Source: an uncultured bacterium (GTDB lineage Bacteria > Babelota > Babeliae > Babelales > JACPOV01). Taken from it: a stretch of 64,000 nucleotides of DNA. The stretch spans positions 65,665 to 129,664 of the forward strand of contig CAVUUR010000002.1 of NCBI GenBank assembly GCA_963744715.1. The letters are read 5' to 3'. Positions 46,929 through 57,404 of this stretch are shown here, in pieces. The notes beneath the pieces were generated by a model. That model searched no databases, had not been told where the DNA came from, and worked only from the letters and a program-made list of their open reading frames with translations. Made by a program: the position numbers and the translations under genes. The first letter of the stretch is position 1, and each line of letters opens with the position of its first letter.

Positions 46929-47993
46929 ATGAAATATCGTTCTCTTCATGTTTTAATAATCGGATTTCTTCTTAGCTTTCAAATAATGCGAGGAATGGAG
47001 CAACAACCTACTTCCATTGACAGCTATCAAGGTAAAGTAATAAATCCAATGAACATTGTTACGCTCGCCCCGGTTATGCGCGGTCAATTAAAAGGTGTGA
47101 TAAGTTCTTGGACAATGAGCCATAAAAATTTGTTACACAATCTTATTCCAGAAACAAATAATGTTCCACTAAGCCGTTCAGCTTTGCAAACTTCTTACGA
47201 GCGAGGCAATCAAGCATTAAAAAATCTAGGGTATAATAATTTAAGTCAAGCAAGCTATGTTATTAAATTACCCAAGATTGGGGAAAAATATTATTTTATG
47301 CAAGCAAGTGGACCAACACACAAAGCTATTAATATTCTACATGGTGATGGCCATGGATGGGAAATGAATAAACTTACTAATCAATTGAAAAGGATTAATA
47401 CGTATCAAACCGTAAGCAGAGTTGTTGGCTATTTACGCGCGCAAGGTTTTATTGAGCAACAAACTATAACAACCTTTAAAGTACCACCTACCTATCTCGT
47501 TCAAATTCCTGATAGAAAAAATAATGTGCAATATGGCGCTTGTGATGAAAATAGCATCATTATTCAAGAAGATATTGGTGATGAATATGTGCGGATGTAT
47601 TCAAATCCAAAATTTCTACAATATGTACAAAAGAAAACATTACAAGATACGTTATCACTTATTAAACACGTTCCCCTGTGGGATATTAAGGGCAACGGTT
47701 TAATTAATGAAAAAACATTTACGCTCGGACAAACTGATTTACAACAACCAAACAATGAAAATCCAAAACAATTTTTTCATAAAAATGAAGTAAAACATGC
47801 ATGGGACGTTGCCCGTGGCATTGAAGGTTTTGTAAAACTTTTTAAACGATCTTGGGATAAAACATTTGACGTTACAGAAAACTGTAAGATATTAAAGGAA
47901 TTACTTGAGCACGATCAGGATTTACAAAAATCTCCCTATTGGAATCATATTCAACGACAAATAACTATTTTAGATGAGATGACCAAAGAGTAA
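46929..47993 (+). CDS. Secreted hypothetical protein, paralogue 2
   Basis: AAGGAG RBS and signal peptide MKYRSLHVLIIGFLLSFQIMRG. Shares YQTVSRV(I/V)GYLRAQ...ITTFKVP..YL.QIP...LIKHVPLWDI..NGLIN...DL(E/Q)QPNNENPK with paralogue 1. Confidence 0.6.
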   Translation: MKYRSLHVLIIGFLLSFQIMRGMEQQPTSIDSYQGKVINPMNIVTLAPVMRGQLKGVISSWTMSHKNLLHNLIPETNNVPLSRSALQTSYERGNQALKNLGYNNLSQASYVIKLPKIGEKYYFMQASGPTHKAINILHGDGHGWEMNKLTNQLKRINTYQTVSRVVGYLRAQGFIEQQTITTFKVPPTYLVQIPDRKNNVQYGACDENSIIIQEDIGDEYVRMYSNPKFLQYVQKKTLQDTLSLIKHVPLWDIKGNGLINEKTFTLGQTDLQQPNNENPKQFFHKNEVKHAWDVARGIEGFVKLFKRSWDKTFDVTENCKILKELLEHDQDLQKSPYWNHIQRQITILDEMTKE

Positions 47994-48020
47994 ATTGTAT
48001 TAAAAGTAATACCAATAAAT

Positions 48021-48050
48021 AAAAGGACCTGTAAGAATAGGTCCTTTTTT
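48021..48050. terminator. Bidirectional rho-independent terminator between convergent genes
   Basis: AAAAGGACC / GGTCCTTTT stem with an A-run before and a T-run after. Confidence 0.75.
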
Positions 48051-48061
48051 ATTTAACGTTA

Positions 48062-48886
48062 TTATTCCTTGCGAATATTACTTGATCCCGAGGTTTTTAT
48101 ATCAACTACTTTTGGATTTCCCGTATAGATAATCTTTGAGGAACCGGATATTTTACCGGTGATTTCTTCGGAAACATTAACCTTTGAGGAACCGGAGCCA
48201 GAAACTCTCAATTTAGCAATAGCACTTAACAATTTTTTTGCATCATAATTACACGAACCACTACAATCAAATTTTTGTTTATGGACTTCACCTTCCAATA
48301 AAATTGATGTGCTTCCAGAAGCATTCACGGACAAATTGTTTGCTTTTACAAAAGCTTCTACCGTGGAACTTCCTGATGATTTAATGGTAACATCGTTATT
48401 TCGTGTTGCTTCTAATTCAGCTTCAATAGTACCAGATATATTTAATTGTTTTAAACTTTTTATATGTATAATACATTTTATAGGATTTTTAGTAGAAAAA
48501 TTACCTTCAACATCAACCATCAATGCCCTACCCGATATTTTTGTTTTTATCATCGGTAAAATATTATCATCAGCTTTAATAACTATTGATTCAGTATCCG
48601 ATTCTTTTATTAATAATTTGAAGGGTCCTTGTGCCTCAACGGTATCAACCCCCTGTATATTTTTTGTATCTTGAACAATAGTGCCAGAACCTTGAATTAA
48701 CTTTCCATTCCCAGTACTTGTAATAACCTTACCATTTACAATTACTGTAGAACCATTGGTAGCAATAACGCATGAATCATTAAAAATCCAATCAAGAAAT
48801 CTATTTTTTGTATAAGAATAATTGATAAAAACAGAACAGAAAACTAAAAGTATGAATACTTTATGTTTAATTGAATACATATGCAA
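48062..48886 (-). CDS. DUF2807 (head GIN domain, adhesin-head-like) protein with N-terminal anchor
   Basis: Repeated beta-rich units SGSS/GSGS...V (VNASGSTSILLEG, VSGSGSSKVNVSEEITGKISGSSKIIYTGNPKV). N-terminal hydrophobic VFILLVFCSVFINYSY. Confidence 0.55.
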   Translation of the reverse strand: MHMYSIKHKVFILLVFCSVFINYSYTKNRFLDWIFNDSCVIATNGSTVIVNGKVITSTGNGKLIQGSGTIVQDTKNIQGVDTVEAQGPFKLLIKESDTESIVIKADDNILPMIKTKISGRALMVDVEGNFSTKNPIKCIIHIKSLKQLNISGTIEAELEATRNNDVTIKSSGSSTVEAFVKANNLSVNASGSTSILLEGEVHKQKFDCSGSCNYDAKKLLSAIAKLRVSGSGSSKVNVSEEITGKISGSSKIIYTGNPKVVDIKTSGSSNIRKE

Positions 48887-49013
48887 CCTACCTATTTAAT
48901 ATTGTAACCCATATTTTTAACTATTTATGCTAATAGAATATCTTATTTTAAGAAAATGTAAATACCCCCCTCTTTTACCCTATAATTACAATGAATTCTA
49001 TTGATTAGGTTGC

Positions 49014-49778
49014 TTAATCTTCTGGTAATGTTGCAATTTCAGTTTTAATAGGGCCTTCGGGTAATCCCTTAATAAATTGATAAATATAGGGATTAGTAGA
49101 TTCCCAAATCGTTTTTGCACTGCCAAAAAATTTTATTTGGCCATCATGGAGTAGTGCAACGTTATCTGCATACTTAAAAATTTCAAGATTGTGAGAAATA
49201 ACAATAGAGGTCATCGAAAATTTTTTTTGCATAGAATACATGAGCTCGTGAATAACGTTCGTAGTAATGGGATCAAGGCCCGTTGTTGGTTCATCATACA
49301 AAATGGTTTTTGGATTCATAATAAGGGTGCGAGCAAGACCTACTCGTTTTCGCATACCACCTGAAATTTCTGAAGGATATTTTGCAAGAATATCTGATGT
49401 TAAATTTACCAATGCTAATTTTTCTTTAACGATAGGCAAAACCTGTTGCTCCGGCATTCCCTGCTCAAGAAGCGTAATACCGACGTTTTCAAATACATTT
49501 AAAGAATCAAGGAGTGCTGCAAATTGAAAAACATACCCAAATTTTTTATATACTTTCTCTACGTCTTGATCTGATAATATCGTGATATCCTGGCCATCAA
49601 TAATAATATTGCCGGATGTTGGCCTTATTAAACCAATAATTTGTTTCAATAATACTGATTTACCTTCACCAGAACGCCCAATAATACAGGTCATTTGATT
49701 ATCAGGAATTGTAAGCGTAATTCCTTTGGTAACCCAATGTTTATTAAATTTCTTTTTAAGATCGATAATTTCGATCAT
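49014..49778 (-). CDS. mlaF: MlaF-like ABC transporter ATP-binding protein
   Basis: GRSGEGKSV, ISGGMRKRVGLARTL, ILYDEPTTGLDP. Directly follows mlaE. Confidence 0.75.
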   Translation of the reverse strand: MIEIIDLKKKFNKHWVTKGITLTIPDNQMTCIIGRSGEGKSVLLKQIIGLIRPTSGNIIIDGQDITILSDQDVEKVYKKFGYVFQFAALLDSLNVFENVGITLLEQGMPEQQVLPIVKEKLALVNLTSDILAKYPSEISGGMRKRVGLARTLIMNPKTILYDEPTTGLDPITTNVIHELMYSMQKKFSMTSIVISHNLEIFKYADNVALLHDGQIKFFGSAKTIWESTNPYIYQFIKGLPEGPIKTEIATLPED

Positions 49779-49788
49779 TGCTTATTTC

Positions 49789-50577
49789 CTAAAATAGCCA
49801 TGCGGTCAAAAAATAATTTGCAATTAAAATCATAATGGAGGCAATGACAACGCTTTGTGTAGTAGCCTTACCAACGCCACGCGCACCACCCATAGTATAA
49901 AATCCTTTATAACAACCTACCCATGATAAAATTAAGCCAAAAACGCTCGATTTTATGAGTCCATTATTGATATCAGACATTTCAAGATATTTTCTGATAC
50001 TGGATATATATTGCTCACCATTTAAATTGAGCACATGCACCGCGATTACATAACCGCCAATAGTACCAAATATCATGGCAAATAACGCTAAAAACGGCAA
50101 AATAATGGTACTTGCAAGAATCCGTGGAACGACAAGATATTGCCACGTGTTAATACATAAGGTTCGCAATGCATCAATTTGTTCAGTAATAGCCATACTA
50201 CCTATTTCGGCAGTAATTGCAGACCCGGCTCTGCCAGTAATCATTAGACCAGTTAACACCGGGCCTAACTCTCTGGTTAAACTTTGTGCAACAAGCGGCC
50301 CTATTAATTCCTCGCCGCCACCAAACCGCTTAAATCCTATGTAACTCTGAAACGCTAATACGGCACCGGCAAAAGATCCGGTCAAAATAACAATAAGGAG
50401 CGAATCTACTCCTATTACATTCATCTGGAAAATCACCTTACTTACTTTTAATCGCGTAGTACATAACGTTTTGATTGTTTTCCACAAAAAGAGTGCAAAT
50501 TGTCCCATATGAGAACAGATAATAAGAAATGATGCACCTATGAAATTAATCGTATCTAACATCATGCCAGAGCTCAT
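49789..50577 (-). CDS. mlaE: MlaE-like ABC transporter permease
   Basis: 262 aa. EQIDALRTLCINTWQYLVVPRILA is typical of the MlaE/YrbE family. Confidence 0.75.
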   Translation of the reverse strand: MSSGMMLDTINFIGASFLIICSHMGQFALFLWKTIKTLCTTRLKVSKVIFQMNVIGVDSLLIVILTGSFAGAVLAFQSYIGFKRFGGGEELIGPLVAQSLTRELGPVLTGLMITGRAGSAITAEIGSMAITEQIDALRTLCINTWQYLVVPRILASTIILPFLALFAMIFGTIGGYVIAVHVLNLNGEQYISSIRKYLEMSDINNGLIKSSVFGLILSWVGCYKGFYTMGGARGVGKATTQSVVIASIMILIANYFLTAWLF

Positions 50578-50580
50578 GTT

Positions 50581-50880
50581 TTACTGAGCAGGGACGTTAT
50601 GTTGTTCTTGTTTGTTTTTATATCCTTCTAAATAACCTGGCGCTACATAATATGAGGTTTTCATAATAGAGAGAAAAAGAGAGCCAGCAAGAAAAAGTGC
50701 TCCTAAAACCCAGGTAACTTTTTGGAAAAGATCTTGGCCGCCTGAACCACCAAAAAGAAGCTGAGTACCGCCACCCAAATTACCAAGCCCCATACTGCCT
50801 TTACCCTTTTGTAATAAAATTAACAAAATAAGCAATAGACAGATAAAAACGAACAGTGTTGTTAACAAACCAATAAGCAT
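50581..50880 (-). CDS. secG: Preprotein translocase subunit SecG
   Basis: 99 aa, LLILLQKGKGSMGLGNLGG...LFGGSGG. Classical tpiA-secG order. Confidence 0.8.
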   Translation of the reverse strand: MLIGLLTTLFVFICLLLILLILLQKGKGSMGLGNLGGGTQLLFGGSGGQDLFQKVTWVLGALFLAGSLFLSIMKTSYYVAPGYLEGYKNKQEQHNVPAQ

Positions 50881-50928
50881 AAAATTACCCCAAAAGCAGT
50901 AAATAATAAATATATAGACTATTCTTAA

Positions 50929-51693
50929 TCATAGTATTGATAATACTATGTTTTTTAACTCTTGAAAATCAGTACTTGTTTTTCCTATCAAAACTCCCCG
51001 TATCAAGGGTAGTTGATGCAGCTGACCAATAGTTGCCGCACTAACGCTTCCTCCATATAATAAGGTAACGATAAAAGGCTTATCCTGCATATATTCTACG
51101 ATAAAATCATATACCAATCGTAGATGCTCTAAACTCGGTACCATTCCTGTACCAATCGCCCATATCGGTTCGTAGGCTATAGATATAGTATATCCTTTTG
51201 CTATATCTTTAGTAACTGCACTCATTGCAGAAAGCTGATCTTTCAATACGTCGAGCGTTTTTCCTTGTTGATACTCATATTCACTTTCCCCAACACAAAC
51301 GATCGGTATAAGTTTATTGCGCATGCATTGTTCAATTTTTTTGGTAATATCTTGGTTGACGTAATGGTATTCTCTACGCAATTCACCATGCCCTATGATA
51401 CAATACGTACATCCCAATTGCGCTAGTGAATCCGCTAATACTTGACCGGTATACGGCCCGTTATCATACGCGGAACAATCCTGCCCACCCAAAGCAATCG
51501 TAGATTGATCAATCAGAGTTGATAGCGTTGCCAAACTATCAAATGATGGACAAATAACAAGTCGCAACTTTGCTGTTTTCTTTATGAGTTCAGCTAAAGA
51601 ATTACCATATTTTTTAATCCAGCTAACCGCTTGATTATACGAAAGGTACATTTTCCAATTAGCAATAATAAGATAATCGCGATTCATATACAT
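50929..51693 (-). CDS. tpiA: Triosephosphate isomerase
   Basis: IIANWKMY, CIIGHGELR, AYEPIWAIGTG. Confidence 0.9.
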   Translation of the reverse strand: MYMNRDYLIIANWKMYLSYNQAVSWIKKYGNSLAELIKKTAKLRLVICPSFDSLATLSTLIDQSTIALGGQDCSAYDNGPYTGQVLADSLAQLGCTYCIIGHGELRREYHYVNQDITKKIEQCMRNKLIPIVCVGESEYEYQQGKTLDVLKDQLSAMSAVTKDIAKGYTISIAYEPIWAIGTGMVPSLEHLRLVYDFIVEYMQDKPFIVTLLYGGSVSAATIGQLHQLPLIRGVLIGKTSTDFQELKNIVLSIL

Positions 51694-51755
51694 TCCTTAA
51701 TAACAAGATTGCGTTACAGTATACGCTCTTATTTTTGATAATACTATTAATGCGT

Positions 51756-54317
51756 TCACGTAATAATGATGGTGTCATTTTTTAGTGCAAGATGTATGTT
51801 TTTAGTTTCTGGGTATTGTAATAAATGATGTGAAATGGGCACCGTTACATACTGATTAATAACACGCTTTAATGGTCGTGCACCAAATTCATTGCTATAC
51901 CCACGTTCTGCTAACATTTGTATAACCGATTTTTCACATGAAAACTGAATATTTTTTTCTTGTAAACGTTTTTCAAGATCATTAACTTGCAGTTGTGCAA
52001 TACGTACAACATCTTCTTGTGTAAGTCGCTTAAAAAATGCAATGGCATCAATGCGATTTAAAAACTCAGGTCTAAATTGTTTATGTAATAACTTTTCGAT
52101 TGCTTGTTTAACCTCATCGGTAATGGTCGCTGCTTGTAAAATAATATCTGAACCAATATTTGAAGTCATAATAATAATACAGTTTTTAAACGAAACAATT
52201 CTTCCTTGACTATCGGTTAAATGCCCCTCATCAAGTATTTGTAAAAAAATATTAAACACTTCAGGATGCGCTTTTTCTATTTCATCAAAAAGAACAACGC
52301 TATACGGATGTCGGCGCACTTGTTCGGTTAATTGCCCACCTTCTTCATATCCAACGTAGCCGGGAGGCGCGCCAATCAAACGTGCTACCGCATGGCGTTC
52401 CATATATTCTGACATATCGATGCGAATCAAACGTTGTGAGTCATTAAACAGAAAATCTGCTAATGCTTTTGCCACTTCTGTTTTGCCCACACCGGTTGGC
52501 CCAAGAAAAAGAAATGAGCCAATTGGTTTTTTTGGATCGGTTAATCCAGCACGATGCACTTGGATAGCATGTGAAATTTTTTCTACTGCTTCATCTTGAC
52601 CAATAATACGTTTTTGCAAAATGGTATCCATATGCAATAATTTTTTTGTTTCTGATGATTCCAGTTTTTCGGTAGGAATTCCGGTCCAACGGGAAAGAAC
52701 AACGGCAATATCATGTTCATCAACTTCTTCTTTAATTAAATGCGTTGGCAATTTTTTTAGCTTTTCTTGCTCACGTGCTAACTCTTGCTGCAATTTAACT
52801 AAGGTGCCGTATTTAATTTCGGATGCTTTAGCAAAATCACCATCACGTTCTGCTTGTTGAAATGCATAGTTTGCTTGTTCTATAGATTCTTTTATTTTAT
52901 TAATAGCTGCGAGTGGGTTCTTTTCAGCTTTCCATTGATTGAGTAATAATTGATTTTTTTCTTTAAGGTCCGCTAATTCTTTTTCTAACTCATGCAAACG
53001 CTTTTGTGCTGTTGAATCTTCCTTTTCTTTAAAGAGGGCAACTTTCTCGATTTCTAATTGCCGAATTTTGCGTTCAAGTTGGTCAATTTGCACCGGATGA
53101 GAATCGATCGACATGCGAACCATTGCAGCAGCTTCATCAACCAAATCAATAGCCTTATCGGGTAAAAAACGATCAGGAATATTTTTGGCAGATAAAATAA
53201 CCGCATCAAGCAATGCTTGATCTTTGATACGAATGCCGTGATGCAATTCATAGCGTTCTTTTAATCCACGCAAAATTGAAATAGCATCTTCAACTGATGG
53301 CTCTTCTATAAGAACTTTTTGAAATCGGCGCTCAAGTGCTGCATCTTTTTCTATATATTTTTTATACTCTTTAACGGTTGTTGCTCCGATACAATGCAAT
53401 AATCCCCTAGCCAACGCAGGCTTTAATAAATTGGAAGCATCCATGCCACCGCCCGTAGCCCCAGCACCAACAAGCATATGTAATTCATCAATGAAAAGAA
53501 TGATACTTTCTGCGCTTTCTTCTATTTGTTTTAAAAGACCTTTTAAGCGCTCTTCGAACTCTCCTTGATATTTTGCACCAGCAATCAAAAGGCCAAGATC
53601 TAAGGCAAAGATCTGTTTATTTTTTAAACTTTCCGGAACATCATGGTTAATAATTCGTTGTGCAATGCCTTCAACAATCGCCGTTTTGCCCACGCCAGGC
53701 TCACCAATCAGTACTGGATTATTTTTTGTTCTTCTGGATAAAATTTGAATAACACGTCGAATTTCATCGTGACGACCAATAACAGGATCTAGTTTGCCGT
53801 CTTTAGCCAACTGCGTTACATTCTGACAGTATTTCTCCAATAATTGATATTGTTTTTCGGCATTTTTTTCTTGCACTGTTTTTCCTTTTCGCATTGATTG
53901 CATGTGTGAAAGAATAATTTCTTTGGTAAAACCAACACGTTTAAAAAAAGATTGTAACGATGGCGGAAGATAGGTAGTTGTTGCCCATGATAATAAAAAA
54001 TGTTCAAGACTTATATACGCATCACCCAATGATTCTGCTTCTTTGCTCAATTCATTAAAAAACTGTTGCATGCTATAATCGAGTGCTAGTTGCGCTCCTT
54101 GTACACGGGGCAATGCTTCAACTTCTTTGTATACTAACGTACGCAATTCCTCATGCGGTAGTTGAACCATGGCAAAAAAAGTAGTACAAAAATCATTATC
54201 CATTGCTGCTGCTACGGTATGCACAGGTAACAGTGCCGGATTATGATACTTCATTGCTAATGAAGCTGCATTATTGATCAATTCTTGACTTGCATGAGTT
54301 AATTTTTCACTATTCAT
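51756..54317 (-). CDS. clpB: ATP-dependent chaperone ClpB
   Basis: 853 aa, two AAA+ modules (GEPGVGKT; GPTGVGKT) and a long middle coiled-coil domain. Confidence 0.95.
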   Translation of the reverse strand: MNSEKLTHASQELINNAASLAMKYHNPALLPVHTVAAAMDNDFCTTFFAMVQLPHEELRTLVYKEVEALPRVQGAQLALDYSMQQFFNELSKEAESLGDAYISLEHFLLSWATTTYLPPSLQSFFKRVGFTKEIILSHMQSMRKGKTVQEKNAEKQYQLLEKYCQNVTQLAKDGKLDPVIGRHDEIRRVIQILSRRTKNNPVLIGEPGVGKTAIVEGIAQRIINHDVPESLKNKQIFALDLGLLIAGAKYQGEFEERLKGLLKQIEESAESIILFIDELHMLVGAGATGGGMDASNLLKPALARGLLHCIGATTVKEYKKYIEKDAALERRFQKVLIEEPSVEDAISILRGLKERYELHHGIRIKDQALLDAVILSAKNIPDRFLPDKAIDLVDEAAAMVRMSIDSHPVQIDQLERKIRQLEIEKVALFKEKEDSTAQKRLHELEKELADLKEKNQLLLNQWKAEKNPLAAINKIKESIEQANYAFQQAERDGDFAKASEIKYGTLVKLQQELAREQEKLKKLPTHLIKEEVDEHDIAVVLSRWTGIPTEKLESSETKKLLHMDTILQKRIIGQDEAVEKISHAIQVHRAGLTDPKKPIGSFLFLGPTGVGKTEVAKALADFLFNDSQRLIRIDMSEYMERHAVARLIGAPPGYVGYEEGGQLTEQVRRHPYSVVLFDEIEKAHPEVFNIFLQILDEGHLTDSQGRIVSFKNCIIIMTSNIGSDIILQAATITDEVKQAIEKLLHKQFRPEFLNRIDAIAFFKRLTQEDVVRIAQLQVNDLEKRLQEKNIQFSCEKSVIQMLAERGYSNEFGARPLKRVINQYVTVPISHHLLQYPETKNIHLALKNDTIIIT

Positions 54318-54484
54318 GGCAATAAAAACTCGCTTATAAGTACAATTCTATTAATAAAATTTTATTTTCAAAATTTTCATGAAATAATCATGCGATGCAT
54401 AATAATCTTTATAAAAACATAAATGATACTAATAATCAACAATGAAAACTCTTTTTATGAATAAGTACTGTTATTGACACGTCG

Positions 54485-55753
54485 TTAATGAGAGGTAGTA
54501 AGATTACTCGTTCTTTTTTGGCGATGATAACTGATAGCAAAATGATGCGCATAATCACGTAAAGCAATAAAAAATGCACCAATATCAGTCTTTATATCAA
54601 GCACGGTTCCCTCGGGTATTTGGTCACTAAATAATCGCTCTTCGCGCTTTGCTAAACTTACAATGATTGCAGCAGGTAAAATTGCTTTTATCGCATTACG
54701 CTGACCTTTTCCACCATCAATAACAATTAAATCAGGAACTGGTGTATTTTTGTAGCGACGGGCAACAATTTCTTGTAATGCTGCATAATCATTTTGCTCA
54801 ACAATTGTTTTAACGGCAAAACGTCTAAAATTATCTTTATCAGGAATACCATGAGCAAAACGTATGCAAGAACCTACAATGGCATTACTTTGAAAATGAG
54901 AAATATCAAAACAATCAACGGTAATAATTGGTTTTTCAAGATTAAGAAATTTTTGCAATTGTCCTGCTAACGCATAATTTGGTTCACGATTGTGATGAAT
55001 CGGTGTCGTTGCTAAAAAAATATCACGTTCATATTTTTTTTCTGAAAATCCAGTTTTTAATGTTTCAAAAATAGTATCTAAATTGTGTAAATAGTAGGTC
55101 AGGTGCTGTGATTTTTCAAAATCTAATTGTTTATTAAGCGCTTTTATTTCTGCTTTAATATCGTTAAGAAATTTTTTGTGATTTCCCTGCAATGCATTCA
55201 TGGCCAACATTAACCTAAATTGATAACTGCTTTGGTCAAAATTTTCCATACAAGTGCCTGAACATAAATTCATATGATAGCGTAAACAACCACCCGGAAT
55301 TTTTTTGTTGCATGTCTCAAGTTTAAAGGTCTTTAATAAATAATGATAAACAGCTCGTGCCTGTTTTTTATATAAAAAGGGACCAAAATAAGTACCCTTT
55401 GTTTTTTTACTGCGCACTAATTGTAATGAAGCAGAATCTCCACTCGTAAAAACAAGATAAACAAACGGATTGCCACTTTTGAGCAGCACATTAAATTTTG
55501 GTTGATGTTGCTTAATTAATTGTGCTTCTAATAGTAATGCCTCATTTTCTGAATGCGTTACAATATAATCAATAGTAGCATACTCATCAATAAGGGCCTT
55601 TACTTTCCAATCACGTTCCTGTTTTTTAAAATATGAACTGACGCGTTTTTTTATTACTTTTGCTTTGCCAACATAAATAATAGCGTTAGTACTATCTTTA
55701 AAAAGGTAAACGCCCGATAATAACGGCAATGTAGTAAGTATCGTAGTATCCAT
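54485..55753 (-). CDS. uvrC: Excinuclease ABC subunit C, short form without recognisable C-terminal (HhH)2 domain
   Basis: GIY-YIG N-terminus (GVYLFKDSTNAIIYVGKAKVIKKRVSSYF), UVR-like helix pair, and an endonuclease domain (CFDISHFQ...VIDGGKGQ). Only 422 aa. Confidence 0.75.
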   Translation of the reverse strand: MDTTILTTLPLLSGVYLFKDSTNAIIYVGKAKVIKKRVSSYFKKQERDWKVKALIDEYATIDYIVTHSENEALLLEAQLIKQHQPKFNVLLKSGNPFVYLVFTSGDSASLQLVRSKKTKGTYFGPFLYKKQARAVYHYLLKTFKLETCNKKIPGGCLRYHMNLCSGTCMENFDQSSYQFRLMLAMNALQGNHKKFLNDIKAEIKALNKQLDFEKSQHLTYYLHNLDTIFETLKTGFSEKKYERDIFLATTPIHHNREPNYALAGQLQKFLNLEKPIITVDCFDISHFQSNAIVGSCIRFAHGIPDKDNFRRFAVKTIVEQNDYAALQEIVARRYKNTPVPDLIVIDGGKGQRNAIKAILPAAIIVSLAKREERLFSDQIPEGTVLDIKTDIGAFFIALRDYAHHFAISYHRQKRTSNLTTSH

Positions 55754-55829
55754 AATGTGTACCGGTATTATGTACTATAGTTAAGTATCTCTATTAGCAT
55801 ACCAGCATAAATTCAATTTGTAAAATAAC

Positions 55830-55851
55830 GAATTGGTAATATTACCAATTC
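55830..55851. promoter_or_regulatory. Perfect 22-bp palindrome between the Trx-TrxR gene stop and the uvrC start (terminator or operator)
   Basis: GAATTGGTAATATTACCAATTC reads identically on both strands. Confidence 0.4.
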
Positions 55852-55874
55852 AGGAATATGTAATCTATATTGAA

Positions 55875-57359
55875 TTATTTTTTATTAATATATGTGAATG
55901 CGCTCATAGCTCCGGTTATACCTTGAGAAGCTCCTAAAAATGCTTGTTTATATCGATGATGAGTAATATCACCTATAGCGAAAATGCCTTTAGTAGAAGT
56001 TTCTTGAAGAGGGTTAGTTTTGACATATCCATCTTCAAGCTCAAGCCCTAGATTACGTGCAAGTTCATTGTTTGGTGTACTGCCTAAACCTAGAAAAACT
56101 GCATTACGTCCTCCTAATGTAAATTCAACTTCTTCTTTATCCCCATTAATTTTTTTACTAATTTTTACATCAGTTATAGTTGAATCATTTCCCTTAATTT
56201 CTTTAATATTAGCGTTCTTTAATACTACAATTTTATGTTTTTGTTGCCCATTATACTGCTCAATCAGCTCTTTTGTGCTACCATTAATTATATCTTTTTC
56301 TTGAATTACCAAGGTAACTCTTTCTGCCACCTGGCCGAGATGTTGCAATGTTTCATCCACATTATGTTGGCCCCAGACAATAACTTTTTTGCCTTTATAA
56401 GAAGCTGCATCGCATAATGCACAAATGGCTACACCTTTGCCCCAATATTTTTCTATTCCTGCAATAGTTGGCTTAACTGGACTTCTACCCGTTGCCAAAA
56501 TAACGCTTTTAGAGAAATATTGCTTACCATTCTTCGAGATCAATGTAAGCGGAAAAGTATTTTTATCAATCTTTACAATAGTATCCTCATTCACATCTGC
56601 GCCAGCCTGCATAGCCTGATTGTACAAATCAAACGATAATCTTGATCCTGATGGAGCTAAAGAAGCCCCAGGCCAATTGTTTACCGATTGTACTCCAGCT
56701 AAACTACTTTTTGCTTGCTTACCAAATAATACTGTTTTTAAATTATTTCGTGCCGCATAGCTTGCCGCAGAACAACCGGCAGGGCCAGCACCAATAATCG
56801 CAACGTCTACAGGCCTCTCTAAAGAAACACCAAAGTCATTTTTAGCTGCAATATCCAGTAATTCATCAAGAGTACTCTTCGTGCTCTGGAAAGTTATTTT
56901 ATTAGCACCAGATTGCGTTTTAAACATTTTATGATTGTTAATGTATGCAACCGTTGGATAAGAATGACAGGGTATTCCTAATTGATTAGCTGTATCAACG
57001 TCAATAATCTTAATTGTAAGTTGGTCTTTATAGCTGTTTTGATGCTCTTTAACTATGGGCTCGACTCTATCGCATGCTCTGCAACCTTTTGCTTTTACCA
57101 GGTACATACCTATTTTTTCTGGGAATTTTTTATCCATTAAAGCTTTTTGTCTTGCTTTCTCTTCTCTGATTGCAAAAATAAGGAAAGCTGCTAACCCAGC
57201 CGTTACCCCTCCACAAATAGCCATTTGAGTCAACGTTGATCGATCAAAATTGAGCCAACTAGCCTGTGAACGAGAATAACCATACATCGATAATACGTTA
57301 GATGAACTTATTCCTATTAATAAGCTCAAAATAATAATTGAAAAATTTTTTATATTCAT
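55875..57359 (-). CDS. Membrane-anchored thioredoxin-domain / thioredoxin-reductase-like flavoprotein fusion
   Basis: Two N-terminal hydrophobic segments. Trx-like CRAC (CxxC). FAD motif VAIIGAGPAG, redox CALCD, C-terminal GIFAIGD. Start set at ATG 57359; the ORF track uses TTG 57392. Confidence 0.75.
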   Translation of the reverse strand: MNIKNFSIIILSLLIGISSSNVLSMYGYSRSQASWLNFDRSTLTQMAICGGVTAGLAAFLIFAIREEKARQKALMDKKFPEKIGMYLVKAKGCRACDRVEPIVKEHQNSYKDQLTIKIIDVDTANQLGIPCHSYPTVAYINNHKMFKTQSGANKITFQSTKSTLDELLDIAAKNDFGVSLERPVDVAIIGAGPAGCSAASYAARNNLKTVLFGKQAKSSLAGVQSVNNWPGASLAPSGSRLSFDLYNQAMQAGADVNEDTIVKIDKNTFPLTLISKNGKQYFSKSVILATGRSPVKPTIAGIEKYWGKGVAICALCDAASYKGKKVIVWGQHNVDETLQHLGQVAERVTLVIQEKDIINGSTKELIEQYNGQQKHKIVVLKNANIKEIKGNDSTITDVKISKKINGDKEEVEFTLGGRNAVFLGLGSTPNNELARNLGLELEDGYVKTNPLQETSTKGIFAIGDITHHRYKQAFLGASQGITGAMSAFTYINKK

Positions 57360-57404
57360 AAAACATCCCCATTTAGCCTTAAAATAATACAATTATATAA
57401 TATA

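Noticed and set aside
54318-54484. Heat-shock operator (CIRCE) or sigma-32 promoter upstream of clpB
   Set aside because: No TTAGCACTC-N9-GAGTGCTAA-like inverted repeat and no convincing CTTGAA/CCCCAT boxes. The region is plain AT-rich spacer.
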